From positions 1 through 41,667 of the forward strand of contig JBECKX010000043.1 of the NCBI GenBank assembly GCA_040235515.1: a stretch of 41,667 nucleotides of DNA. Reading direction: 5' to 3'. Shown in pieces: positions 1 to 9,613 of this stretch. A program made the translations under genes and the position numbers. The DNA comes from Candidatus Zixiibacteriota bacterium (GTDB lineage: Bacteria > Zixibacteria > MSB-5A5 > CAIYYT01). The notes under the pieces were generated by a model. It had not been told where the DNA came from, searched no databases, and worked only from the letters and a program-made list of their open reading frames with translations. Position 1 is the first letter of the stretch, and every line of letters starts with the position of its first letter.

Positions 1-1866
1 ATCGTGTTGAACTTCGAATGAGGCATTCTTGCTCTCGTTCGTGACCTTCAGTTTCCTGCCCGCTCTGATTGCGTCGCGGACCCGGTCGATGAAGAGCATG
101 TCGTCCTGATCGATCCTGTCCCAGTCGGATGGGTCGACAAAGGTAAGGGGGAGAATCCCAAAATTGACCAGGTTCTGCCAGTGTATGCGCGCGAAACTCT
201 TGACGATTACCGCCCGCACGCCCAGGTAGCGAGGCGCCAACGCCGCATGCTCGCGGCTTGAGCCCTGGCCGTAGTTGCTGCCGCCGACAATAATCGAGCC
301 TGATTCCTTCTGCTGCTGAGCACGGTTGTAGAACGTCTCATCAAGCTGATAGAAGGTGAATTTCGAGATTTCCGGAATATTGGATCGGTAGGGTAGCACT
401 TTCGCACCGGCAGGCATGATAGCATCGGTGGAGATATCATCCCCCACTTTGATTACAACCGAGGAGCGAATCGAATCGGCCATCTCCTCAAAGATCGGCA
501 GACTGCGAATATTCGGACCCTTCTCAAGGACAACGTGCTCACCCGCCGCGGGCGGAGCAGTCAATGTGTCTGTCACCAGTGTTATCGATTCCGGTTCTTC
601 GAACCTTGGATAGTCGATACCCAGCGTGCGGGGATCAGTGATGACGCCGGTAAGCGCGGAGGCTGCGGCGGTCTCGGGGCTGCAGAGGTAGACTGCATCC
701 TCTTTGGTGCCGGAACGCCCGGGGAAATTGCGGGGGACGGTGCGCAGGCTGATCTTGCCGGTAGCGGGGGCTTGTCCCATACCGATGCAACCGTTGCAGC
801 CGGCTTGATGGATGCGTGCGCCAGCGCGCAGCAGGTGTTGCAGCAGTCCCAGTTCCATCAGGTTTTCCTGAATCTGGCGCGAAGTTGGATTGATATCGAA
901 GGAGACACGGTCATGAGTTTTCCTGCCTGCAACCATCAACGCAGGTATGGCGAAATCGCGCAGTCCGGGATTGGCTGACGAACCGATGTATGTCTGATAA
1001 ACTTCCCGCCCGGCGACTTCACTAACTTTCACGACATTGCCGGGGCTGGAGGGGAGAGCGATCAGCGGTTCCAGTTTGCTCAGGTCGATTTCGTCCTGCT
1101 CATCATACTTGCAACCGGGATCTGGAAGCAATTCTACATAATCGCCCTCACGCCCTTGCTGCTTCAAGAATCGCTTCACGGCGGCATCTGATGGAAAGAT
1201 GGAGGTTGTAGCCCCCAGCTCGGCACCCATGTTGGCGATTACGTGGCGATCCATCGCCGTCAGGTGGTCTAATCCGTCGCCGTAATACTCAACGATTTTG
1301 CCGACACCACCACTGACGCCATGACGGCGCAAGACTTCCAGGATGATATCTTTGGCGCTAACCCAGTCAGGCAGTTTGCCGGTTAGTTTTATCCCCATCA
1401 CCTTCGGCATTCTGACATAGAATGGTTCGCCTGCCATCGCCATGGCGACTTCCATGCCGCCGGCTCCCATTGCCAGCATGCCAAGCGAACCGGCAGCGCA
1501 GGTGTGGCTGTCGGAGCCTAGCAGTGTTTTGCCCGGAATGCCGAATCGTTCCATGTGCACGGGATGGCTGACTCCGTTACCGGGGCGGCTATACCAGATA
1601 CCGAAGCGTTCGCAGGCGCTGCGGAGGAAAAGGTGGTCATCGGCGTTGCGAAAATCGGCCTGGATCAGGTTGTGATCAACATACTGGGCGGAGAGTTCCG
1701 TTTTGACGCGGGGCAGGTTCATTGCCTCCAGTTCGAGCATTACCATCGTGCCGGTGGCATCCTGCGTGAGAGTTTGATCTATCCGAAGCGCGATTTCACT
1801 ACCCGGTGTCATCTCCCCGCTGACGAGGTGAGCCTTAATGACCTTTTGTGCCAGATTCATTGCCAT
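1..1866 (-). CDS. Aconitate hydratase family protein (short single-chain type), 3' end beyond window
   Basis: Not in the ORF track. Manual translation from ATG at 1866 (RBS-like GGAAGGA upstream) gives MAMNLAQKVIKAHLVSG...DQTLTQDATGT...YVDHN...GSDSHTC. In the same frame are IGSSANP, AGCNGCIG and NYGQGSSREHAA, which are aconitase motifs. Confidence 0.9.
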   Translation of the reverse strand, partial: MAMNLAQKVIKAHLVSGEMTPGSEIALRIDQTLTQDATGTMVMLELEAMNLPRVKTELSAQYVDHNLIQADFRNADDHLFLRSACERFGIWYSRPGNGVSHPVHMERFGIPGKTLLGSDSHTCAAGSLGMLAMGAGGMEVAMAMAGEPFYVRMPKVMGIKLTGKLPDWVSAKDIILEVLRRHGVSGGVGKIVEYYGDGLDHLTAMDRHVIANMGAELGATTSIFPSDAAVKRFLKQQGREGDYVELLPDPGCKYDEQDEIDLSKLEPLIALPSSPGNVVKVSEVAGREVYQTYIGSSANPGLRDFAIPALMVAGRKTHDRVSFDINPTSRQIQENLMELGLLQHLLRAGARIHQAGCNGCIGMGQAPATGKISLRTVPRNFPGRSGTKEDAVYLCSPETAAASALTGVITDPRTLGIDYPRFEEPESITLVTDTLTAPPAAGEHVVLEKGPNIRSLPIFEEMADSIRSSVVIKVGDDISTDAIMPAGAKVLPYRSNIPEISKFTFYQLDETFYNRAQQQKESGSIIVGGSNYGQGSSREHAALAPRYLGVRAVIVKSFARIHWQNLVNFGILPLTFVDPSDWDRIDQDDMLFIDRVRDAIRAGRKLKVTNESKNASFEVQHD

Positions 1867-2050
1867 TTGAATTCCTTCCGCTCAGGACCACTATTGATAC
1901 TCGACAAATTTGCTCCTCTGTCCCAGCACTCTTGCGTAGTGGGATGGTGCGCAAGAAGCCCGGCTCCAGAGTAAATGGTACGTTGGTTCTGCCAGCCGCA
2001 GTTAGTATTTCGGTGCTACAAACTGTCGCAAGCCGCTCACGTATCACGAG

Positions 2051-2079
2051 TTGACAGACCACTGTTATCCACGTATAAT
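2051..2079 (+). promoter_or_regulatory. Sigma70-type promoter for pepF
   Basis: Perfect TTGACA (2051-2056), 17-nt spacer and TATAAT (2074-2079), about 95 nt upstream of the pepF start. Confidence 0.85.
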
Positions 2080-2172
2080 TGACGCACTTTGATGGAAACT
2101 TTGAGACACACGCAACGTACTGTGGCTAGACTTAAAATCTAACAAATTCTCATACCAAGGAGAGAGAAACGC

Positions 2173-4074
2173 ATGTTGAGACAACTCAGAAGCAGTGTCC
2201 GTGTACTGCTGCCACTGATGATCCTCGTGTTCACGGTAGGGTCGGTGCTGGCGAAGATGCCGGAGTCACGCAACCGCGAGGATATCCCTGCAAAGTACAA
2301 ATGGAATTTCAACGACATTTACCCGAATTGGGAAGCCTGGCAGTCTGACAAGGAACAGATTCAGCAGATGATGGACCAGTTCGTCGGCCTCAGGGGCACA
2401 CTCTCTGACGGGCCCGACAATCTCGCCAAGGCAATGAAGCTGTCTGATCAGATGGACCAGCTATCCTACAAGGTTTACCGTTACCCGCAGCTCCAACGCG
2501 ACGTTGACACGCGCAACAATGAGGTCGGGGCAAAGCTGCAGGAAGTGAGCCTGATGTTTGCTCAGTTCGGGCAGGCGACGGCCTGGCTCAATCCGGAGAT
2601 CCTTTCGATTCCGTGGGAAACGATGAAGAGTTGGCTCGACAACAGTCTCGAACTCGAGCCTTACCGCCATTCGATCGAGAATCTGTACCGGCAGCAGGAG
2701 CATGTGCTGGACGAGAAGGGTGAGCAGTTGCTCTCGTACTTCAGTTCATTTAACGGCACACCGCGCGACATTTTCAGCGAGCTGTCGACCTCCGATGTGG
2801 AGTTCGAGGAAGCTGCCTTCTCCGATGGCGAGACGAAGCTGGTCACCCCTGCGACTTACAGCTTGATCCTGGAGACGAACCGCAACCAGGATGATCGCCG
2901 CACAGCGTTTGAGACCATGTACCAGGTGTATGCCGACAAGAAGAACACCTATGCTGCGATCTACAATTCAATTTGTCAGCGCGACTGGGCGCAGGCTCAG
3001 GCCCGCAACTACAACTCGACGCTTGAAGCGGCTCTGTTCGATGACAATGTCCCGGTTGAAGTTTATGAGAACCTCGTGACAACCGTGAAGAACGGCACCG
3101 CGCCGCTGCAGAAGTACTTCAAGCTGCGCAAGGAAGCGCTCGGACTCGAAGAGTACCATCTCTATGATGGTGCCGTGCCGGTAGTCGAGTTCGACAAGAA
3201 GTATGATTATGACGAGATGCTGCCCAAGGTTGTCAGCGCGGTGGCGCCACTCGGTAAGGCGTACCAGGATAAGATGAAGCTGGCGACATCATCGGGCTGG
3301 ATTGATGTCTATGAGAACGAAGGCAAGCGCACGGGCGCTTACTCAGCGGGTGTGTATGGGGTTCATCCGTTCATGCTGATGAATTATAACGAGACGCTGA
3401 ACTCGGTGTTCACGCTGGCGCATGAGTTGGGGCACACGCTTCATACGGAGCTGTCGCACGAGAACCAGCCGTTCGCCACCGCACAATACACGATCTTCAC
3501 AGCAGAGGTCGCCTCGACTCTGAATGAAGCGCTTTTCCTCGATTACATGCTCAAGCAGAGCAAGGATCCGAAGGAGCGCATCAAGCTGCTCGAACAGGCG
3601 ATCGACAACATCGCCGGCACCTTCTACACGCAGGTGATGTTTGCGGATTTCGAGCATCAGGCGCACATGCTGGCAGAGCAGGGCAAGCCGATTACGGCCG
3701 ACGTGCTGTCGGAGCTGTATGGTAGCCTGATGAAAACCTACTATGGTGATTCCATCGTTTACGACTCGCTTTACAACTACCTGTGGGCGCGTATTCCGCA
3801 CTTCTACAACAGCCCCTACTATGTATATCAGTATGCTACCTGCTTTGCTTCCTCCGCTGAGATCGTCAAGAAGATCCAGAACGGAACCGAGCAGGAGCGC
3901 AAGGCTGCTACTGAGAAGTACCTCGGATTGTTGAAATCTGGCGGCAGTGACTATCCGATGACACTGTTACAGAATGCCGGCGCAGATTTGACGAAGCCGG
4001 AGACTTTCCAGGCGGTAATCAACCAGATGACTGACCTGGTCAATCGCTACGAGCAGGAATTGCAGAAGCTGTAG
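2173..4074 (+). CDS. pepF: Oligoendopeptidase F (peptidase M3B) with N-terminal signal peptide
   Basis: HELGH zinc motif with downstream AEVAS glutamate, GKRTGAYS, WARIPHFY and YVYQYA. RBS AAGGAG. The N-terminus is basic then hydrophobic, ending VLA. Confidence 0.93.
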   Translation: MLRQLRSSVRVLLPLMILVFTVGSVLAKMPESRNREDIPAKYKWNFNDIYPNWEAWQSDKEQIQQMMDQFVGLRGTLSDGPDNLAKAMKLSDQMDQLSYKVYRYPQLQRDVDTRNNEVGAKLQEVSLMFAQFGQATAWLNPEILSIPWETMKSWLDNSLELEPYRHSIENLYRQQEHVLDEKGEQLLSYFSSFNGTPRDIFSELSTSDVEFEEAAFSDGETKLVTPATYSLILETNRNQDDRRTAFETMYQVYADKKNTYAAIYNSICQRDWAQAQARNYNSTLEAALFDDNVPVEVYENLVTTVKNGTAPLQKYFKLRKEALGLEEYHLYDGAVPVVEFDKKYDYDEMLPKVVSAVAPLGKAYQDKMKLATSSGWIDVYENEGKRTGAYSAGVYGVHPFMLMNYNETLNSVFTLAHELGHTLHTELSHENQPFATAQYTIFTAEVASTLNEALFLDYMLKQSKDPKERIKLLEQAIDNIAGTFYTQVMFADFEHQAHMLAEQGKPITADVLSELYGSLMKTYYGDSIVYDSLYNYLWARIPHFYNSPYYVYQYATCFASSAEIVKKIQNGTEQERKAATEKYLGLLKSGGSDYPMTLLQNAGADLTKPETFQAVINQMTDLVNRYEQELQKL

Positions 4075-4104
4075 AGAGTTTCTGATTAGCTGGATTGATT
4101 GATG

Positions 4105-4133
4105 GAGCGGGTCGGTTGGCCCGCTCTTTTTTT
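4105..4133 (+). terminator. Intrinsic terminator after pepF
   Basis: GAGCGGG stem, 8-nt loop, CCCGCTC, then T7; lies between convergent genes. Confidence 0.85.
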
Positions 4134-4154
4134 CTGCGTTTGGGGAGTTGACTC

Positions 4155-5309
4155 TCAGTCTCTGAGCCGCCGGCGCAACGTCTTCCATTCCTCGCTGCGA
4201 TCGGCCGGGATCACGGCGCGGTGCAGCTCCAGTTCGATATCGCGAACATACTTAAGATCACGCATACCGACCAGTACGCTTGAAACTCCCAGCGTGGAGC
4301 GCAGAGCGCGTACGGCCATCTGGCTCAGAGTTTCTGCCTTACCCCATTCCGGTGAGACCTCACGCACAACACTCATGATTTCTTCAGCGTTCGGGTTTTC
4401 ATCGGAGAGCCTGATCAGCTTGTTGAGATAGATCGTATTAAGAGGCCGGTTGACCAGGACGCAGAGTTTGTGGCGGCGGGCGAGCTCGAGCATCGTCATT
4501 TCACCGGTTTGTGTCTCGTTTACAGCCGCGCCTGACTCGATCAGGTTGAAGGGGAATTGAACCACCTTGAAATTGTTGAGCGGGTTGATACTACTGGCGA
4601 TCTCGAGGAGCTTCTCGAGTGAAGTGTAATCATACTCACTTGACTTGACCGGCAGTGTGTTCGAGCTGACCCCGTAACTTCTGATGCGGCCACGCTGGGT
4701 TTCTGTTTCCAGGTACTCGAACGCCAGCTTGATGCGGCGATAATACTCTTCGCGCGCCTGCTCAAGCTCCCACCCTTCATGTTTTGCCCACATCAGGAAG
4801 TACTCCGGATTGTGAAGCAGGTATGAGTCGATCGCTCCGCAGTTGAGTCTGCTCAATGAACGAGTGAGTTGATCCTTGATGAAGTCGGGGTGGATGCAGT
4901 GCTCGAGATTGGGGGCATACTCCACCAGGTCAGGGTAACCGCGACCGTCACGTTTCAAGTTCTGGCTCAGCCGATATTCGCGACCCTGGAGATAACCCAC
5001 CTTGGAGATGATAACTATTTGATTGCGACCGAGGATCGCCTCGGCTTCAAGGTCATCAAGGACGCTGCCGATCAGCAACTCCGAGCCACCACCGGTATAG
5101 TTGGTGGAGGTATCGATCAGGTTAATCCCCGAGAGCAGTGCTTTTTGAAGTGCTGCGCGATGCTCAGGATAGGAGACATCGATACGATATGAGCCGAAGC
5201 CGGCGGCGCTGATCTTGAGTTCGGTGTCAGCGAACGAATTATACGGGATATCTTTGAAACGAGCGGCATACTCGCTGGTCGCTTCTGCGGTGGCGTGGGT
5301 GAATTTCAC
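4155..5309 (-). CDS. Aldo/keto reductase family protein
   Basis: GFGSYR, GINLIDTSTNY (catalytic D/Y), ISKVG (K), YLLHNP, GRIRSYGVSSN and QFPFNL. Confidence 0.85.
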   Translation of the reverse strand: MKFTHATAEATSEYAARFKDIPYNSFADTELKISAAGFGSYRIDVSYPEHRAALQKALLSGINLIDTSTNYTGGGSELLIGSVLDDLEAEAILGRNQIVIISKVGYLQGREYRLSQNLKRDGRGYPDLVEYAPNLEHCIHPDFIKDQLTRSLSRLNCGAIDSYLLHNPEYFLMWAKHEGWELEQAREEYYRRIKLAFEYLETETQRGRIRSYGVSSNTLPVKSSEYDYTSLEKLLEIASSINPLNNFKVVQFPFNLIESGAAVNETQTGEMTMLELARRHKLCVLVNRPLNTIYLNKLIRLSDENPNAEEIMSVVREVSPEWGKAETLSQMAVRALRSTLGVSSVLVGMRDLKYVRDIELELHRAVIPADRSEEWKTLRRRLRD

Positions 5310-5327
5310 AACTGGTTTGGAGTCTGG

Positions 5328-5924
5328 TTAGTTGGGGTGTGGCTTGTCGCCGTTTTTGGCGGAGGCGCCGGGTTCGTCACTGCCGCCCTCGGCCGATATG
5401 TTCTCACGCCATTTCTTGTCGGACTCCTCGGCGGACTTTTCGATCGCCTCCAGCTTCGCTTTCCACTCCGGCTCAAGGTGTTTCGGCACTTTGAATCCGA
5501 GAAGCTTTGACTTGATCCGCGTGCCGAGTGTCTGCTGTTTCAGATAGTCACGTTTCAGCTTCTTGAAGAGCTTCTCTTTGCGATAGGCGATCGAGTCGTA
5601 GTGCTCGATCCGCAGCAGCAGCGCCTCAATCGTCTCACGACGCTCGAGCATGCCTCTCAGCGTGTTGTAGTCAGCCATGTTGAAGTTCTTCATGATAATC
5701 TGAATCAGCGGCTCAATCGCATGGGCCATCGGTTCGGCGAACACCATTGCCTGCGAGCCGATGAAGTTGAGTGGCTTGACAGATTCGAGCGCCATGATCG
5801 TCGGCACCGACATATTCCACTTCACGACGACATGGGCGAGGCGGTCGAGCAGATCTTTTTCATGCTCGGTGTAGTCGTGAACCTTCTCACTGCTGTCTGA
5901 TTGGCCGAGGGGAAACATAGTCAT
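5328..5924 (-). CDS. Hypothetical protein
   Basis: 198-aa ORF co-oriented and closely spaced within the minus-strand run; no recognisable catalytic motif. Confidence 0.7.
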   Translation of the reverse strand: MTMFPLGQSDSSEKVHDYTEHEKDLLDRLAHVVVKWNMSVPTIMALESVKPLNFIGSQAMVFAEPMAHAIEPLIQIIMKNFNMADYNTLRGMLERRETIEALLLRIEHYDSIAYRKEKLFKKLKRDYLKQQTLGTRIKSKLLGFKVPKHLEPEWKAKLEAIEKSAEESDKKWRENISAEGGSDEPGASAKNGDKPHPN

Positions 5925-5937
5925 ACTTCAAGTTCTG

Positions 5938-6432
5938 CTAAATTTCGTCCGGGTCATCGTCCGGAACGATTATCTTCTGTTTGATCACGTTCAAAACTTC
6001 ATCCCGGTTGTCTGCAAAGCGGACGTAGAGACCGCGAAAGTTCTCGAGGCGCGACGGCCTCAGGAATGGTGACAGCAAGACACCATTCTTATCTACATAA
6101 AATGAACGATACTGCGACCATTCTTTTTCAACCTTATTCACGATATACTGAACTCTGACTTTTCGCTCGGTAAAAGTGAACTTGGTGCGCACGAAGAACT
6201 GCGAGAGCGACCCCCACAAGACTAGAAAGGTGAGCGCCACAAAAAACCAGGACGCAGTCCAGGTGTAGACGAGGAACGCGAGAATCAGCACGAAAACGGC
6301 AACCAAGCCTGCGACCAGCGGTCGCTCCCTGGCCGGCAGCGTGCTCCAGGTAAGAAGGGTCTCATCCGGCGCAGGCTCACCGGAGGTGGTGTCTGTTTCG
6401 GCGGCAGTCTCTGAGTTATTCTTCTCTGTCAT
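5938..6432 (-). CDS. Hypothetical membrane protein (two TM helices plus soluble beta-rich domain)
   Basis: Two hydrophobic segments (LVAGLVAVFVLILAFLVY; WFFVALTFLVLWGSL) followed by a soluble domain. Confidence 0.75.
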   Translation of the reverse strand: MTEKNNSETAAETDTTSGEPAPDETLLTWSTLPARERPLVAGLVAVFVLILAFLVYTWTASWFFVALTFLVLWGSLSQFFVRTKFTFTERKVRVQYIVNKVEKEWSQYRSFYVDKNGVLLSPFLRPSRLENFRGLYVRFADNRDEVLNVIKQKIIVPDDDPDEI

Positions 6433-6462
6433 GGTCTTTGCGGTTCGCTGCTTACCATCCAG

Positions 6463-6693
6463 TTATTTTTCGTTTGGCTCGCTGCGATAGCGTTCCTGCC
6501 GAATGCGTGTGATTTCATCGAGCAGTTCCTGCCCATCGACGAGCTTCTTCTTGATGAGAATACTGACGAGCGCCTCCTGCGCAAGGTTGTTGGAGAGGGT
6601 GAGTTCTTCGTAGGTAACGATGCGCTCCTTGCCATCCACGACCATCCGCATAGCGATTCGTTGCGGGTCGACTTTCTTTTCCGAATCAGTCAT
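6463..6693 (-). CDS. Small hypothetical protein
   Basis: 76-aa ORF overlapping the larE stop by 8 nt, preceded by GGAAGG; natural-looking helical composition. Confidence 0.7.
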   Translation of the reverse strand: MTDSEKKVDPQRIAMRMVVDGKERIVTYEELTLSNNLAQEALVSILIKKKLVDGQELLDEITRIRQERYRSEPNEK

Positions 6694-7534
6694 TATTCGT
6701 GCCTTCCACCGCGCGATTCATCTTACCCGACCTGAAGCCGGTCACATCAATTGCGGTATATAAGAATCCGATCTGCCGAAACTTGTCCTCGATCTGTGCG
6801 CCGAGACCGTTGGCAACAACTCGCTGCATATCTGCCGTCTCCAATTCGATTCGTGCGATTTCGCCGTGATGCCGGACGCGGAGCTGCCGGAAACCGAGAG
6901 AGCGCAGGAATGCTTCCGCTTCCTCGATCTGCCGGAGTTTCTTGATCGTCACCTCCGACCCGTAGGGAATCCGTGACGCCAGACAGGCGGACGCCGGTTT
7001 GTCCCAGATATCCAATCCAAAGCCCCGGGCAAGTTCACGAATCTCATCCTTGGAGAGCTCCGCTTCAAGCAGGGGCGAACGTACCGACCGTTCCGCGGCA
7101 GCTTTCATGCCGGGGCGAAAATCGCCGATGTCGGAAGCATTCGCGCCGTCACAAACAACGGCGTCAGAACGCTCCTCAGCCAGTTCGCTCAGTTTGGTAT
7201 AGAGTTCAGCTTTGCAGAAGTAGCAGCGATTGGGGGGATTGCCGGCGTAGTTGGGATCAGCGATTTCTTCCGTTTCGAGCTGAATAATATTGCCGGATGC
7301 GAGCCCTTGATGCTGTGCGAAGGCAACAGCTGCTTCGTATTCAGAAGTTGCGAGTGATGGCGAGACACCGATTGCAGCCACGACTTTTTCTGGCCCGAGA
7401 GCATTGACTGCGGCATAAAGGAGGAATGAGGAGTCGAGGCCTCCGGAGAGCGCCACAACCACCGACCCGCAGCCCCGCAGGAGTTCCTGCAAGCGCGCGT
7501 ATTTGGTATCAAGGCTGGAGGTTTGAGGCTTCAT
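6686..7534 (-). CDS. larE: LarE-family ATP-dependent sulfur transferase (PP-loop)
   Basis: SGGLDS PP-loop, NPPNRCYFCK, DFRPGMKA, WDKPASACLASRIPYG and RVRHHGEIARIE. Confidence 0.88.
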   Translation of the reverse strand: MKPQTSSLDTKYARLQELLRGCGSVVVALSGGLDSSFLLYAAVNALGPEKVVAAIGVSPSLATSEYEAAVAFAQHQGLASGNIIQLETEEIADPNYAGNPPNRCYFCKAELYTKLSELAEERSDAVVCDGANASDIGDFRPGMKAAAERSVRSPLLEAELSKDEIRELARGFGLDIWDKPASACLASRIPYGSEVTIKKLRQIEEAEAFLRSLGFRQLRVRHHGEIARIELETADMQRVVANGLGAQIEDKFRQIGFLYTAIDVTGFRSGKMNRAVEGTNND

Positions 7535-7695
7535 GAGTCAACTCGCTTTCAGATTGCCGAGTCGGGGGAGAAACGCCTGAAGCGCTTCGATACCGGGTTG
7601 GGGATTGGAGACCTCCCCCAATGGACGCGAGAAGGCAACTGCGCCGCAGCCGCCAGAGCCTGCTCGGAATCGTGACACGAAGATTCGAGAGCGTT

Positions 7696-8190
7696 TCAGA
7701 GCGAGTATTTACCGAAATCTTCCGGGTTGATATTGCGCAGCCGCTCTTTCAAAGACTCAGGGTCGTTAATCTTCTCAGGGAAGCCCTGATCCTTCTTGAT
7801 GTCGAACAACTCCGAGTTGACGAAGATCGGAGCATCAGTCTTGAGCGCGAGCGCAATTGAATCGGATGGTCGAGCATCGATCTGGTGGGCTTCACCATTC
7901 ACCCTGATATGGATTTGCGCGTAGAAGGTTTGGTCCTTCAACTCGGTGACTTCGACCTTCTCGACCTTGCCGGAAAGCTCGCTCACGATTAACGACATCA
8001 GATCATGACTCAGGGGGCGTTTCGATTTTATCTGCGAAAGCTCCATTGCGATCGCCCAGGCCTCGAAGTGACCGATCCAGATCGGCAGCACGCGCTCCGA
8101 ATCCTCGGTGGCGAGAATCACCACCGGCGACTTGGAAGCCACATCCAATGCCAGCCCATGTATTTTAGCTCTCACCATTTCGGCGCTCAT
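7696..8190 (-). CDS. Bifunctional nuclease family protein (DUF151)
   Basis: LPIWIGHFEA, RPLSHDL and IDARPSDSIALA motifs. Confidence 0.88.
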   Translation of the reverse strand: MSAEMVRAKIHGLALDVASKSPVVILATEDSERVLPIWIGHFEAWAIAMELSQIKSKRPLSHDLMSLIVSELSGKVEKVEVTELKDQTFYAQIHIRVNGEAHQIDARPSDSIALALKTDAPIFVNSELFDIKKDQGFPEKINDPESLKERLRNINPEDFGKYSL

Positions 8191-8636
8191 TCAGATTTTT
8201 TCACCACCCAGACTTTACAGTTCGCTATCACATCGGCCGCCACTTTGATCGGCACGGTGTAAACGCCGAGGGCCTTGATCGGCTCTTCGAGCTGAATACG
8301 CTTGCGGTCCACTTCGATACCCTGGGCAGCCAGCAGATCGGCGATGTTCTGTGACGTGACCGAACCGAATACCTTATCTTCTTCACCAACGTTCACTTCC
8401 GCGGTGCAGGAGGCTTTTTCGATTTGGTTCTTCACATGCTCGGCCGCACGACGCACTTTATTGAGTCGCAGCTCCTGCTGTTTGCGGAGATGATCGATCG
8501 AGCGAAGGTTACCCTTGGTGGCCGGGACAGCCAGATTGCGGGGGATCAGATAGTTCCGCCCGTAGCCATCTTTGACGTCGACAACCTCTCCGACCTTGCC
8601 GAGGGCCTCGATATCATCTTTCAGAATCACTTTCAT
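8187..8636 (-). CDS. rplI: 50S ribosomal protein L9
   Basis: MKVILKDDIEALGKVGEVVDVKDGYGRNYLIP, FGSVT and PIKALG. Confidence 0.97.
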   Translation of the reverse strand: MKVILKDDIEALGKVGEVVDVKDGYGRNYLIPRNLAVPATKGNLRSIDHLRKQQELRLNKVRRAAEHVKNQIEKASCTAEVNVGEEDKVFGSVTSQNIADLLAAQGIEVDRKRIQLEEPIKALGVYTVPIKVAADVIANCKVWVVKKSE

Positions 8637-8670
8637 TTCTACCGACTCCTATACTAACTAGTTGTACGTA

Positions 8671-9594
8671 TTATCCAAACCGTTTAGCCCGGATTTTCCG
8701 GAAATCATACTTTGCATCGAAAAGCGCCGCCAGCGGCAGTAAGACGCCGGCCACCACCTGCGTGATGAACAACGCCAGGTAGACCAGGATTCTCACGCCG
8801 ACGGGCAGGCGAGCCTTTCGCATATAGAACTCGAGCAACGACAGCCCGAAGATCGAGAAAGTCACGATCAATAGTATGAGAACGTTCCATCCGATAACCT
8901 CTAAGGTGTGGACGCCGCTCAGAATCATTATCGCGGCGATTCCCACTGCAATGATCAGCCACTCAGCGGCTTTCCATTGTGTAAATGGCGCTACCCGTTT
9001 GATAAAGGTATCAGACCGGGTAACGATGTATTCACCTGCCAGCGCGCCGAAGAACAGGTAGCCGAGGAACGACATTACCAGGACCGCCGGGAAGTAGTAG
9101 GCTGCATGAGCCGCCCACCAATTCAAGTAGTCCGCGGCCATCTCCAGTTGCTGCGCCGAGTAGAAACCTCTCAACTCGGGGCTGGCGGCCGCACTCTCCA
9201 GAGTCAACACGAAGAGATCATAGAGAGTGGTCACGAACCTGCGAAAGATCAACACGGTCGCGGCCAGCGGCAGCACCGTCAGCAGCAGACCGAGCGAGAG
9301 CCCGAAACCTCGCTTTCTGACCTCGGCCAGAATCACCGCCGGCAGGATCACTCCGACCAGGCAGTAGATTGCGTGTCCGACCCCGGCGACCGCCCAACTC
9401 GCGACGACTGCTGCAAGCAATGCGAGCCCAAGAGCGGTATTTTGCTCCCAGAAGCGCAGTACGAGCACGCCGGCCATTACCACGATGAGCAACAACGTGG
9501 CGCCGGGATAGATCGCGACCAACACCGGCGAGACAGCCACCGCTGCGAGGCCGATGCCTATCCATGAGCGACTGGCGCTTGCCATCCGCCTCAA
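8671..9594 (-). CDS. DUF2232/YybS-type membrane protein
   Basis: Polytopic hydrophobic protein between rpsR and rplI, the usual YybS position; C-terminal FDAKYDFRK. Start codon uncertain. Confidence 0.75.
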   Translation of the reverse strand: MRRMASASRSWIGIGLAAVAVSPVLVAIYPGATLLLIVVMAGVLVLRFWEQNTALGLALLAAVVASWAVAGVGHAIYCLVGVILPAVILAEVRKRGFGLSLGLLLTVLPLAATVLIFRRFVTTLYDLFVLTLESAAASPELRGFYSAQQLEMAADYLNWWAAHAAYYFPAVLVMSFLGYLFFGALAGEYIVTRSDTFIKRVAPFTQWKAAEWLIIAVGIAAIMILSGVHTLEVIGWNVLILLIVTFSIFGLSLLEFYMRKARLPVGVRILVYLALFITQVVAGVLLPLAALFDAKYDFRKIRAKRFG

Positions 9595-9613
9595 TCAACG
9601 CTCAAGCGAGCGT

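Noticed and set aside
207..2062. Several short ORFs in the track (e.g. 535-978, 1555-1974)
   Set aside because: Antisense or out-of-frame shadows of the minus-strand aconitase gene, which the track missed because it runs off the window.
2065..2073. DnaA-box-like TTATCCACG in the pepF promoter spacer
   Set aside because: Single copy with one mismatch; no box cluster or origin-associated genes.
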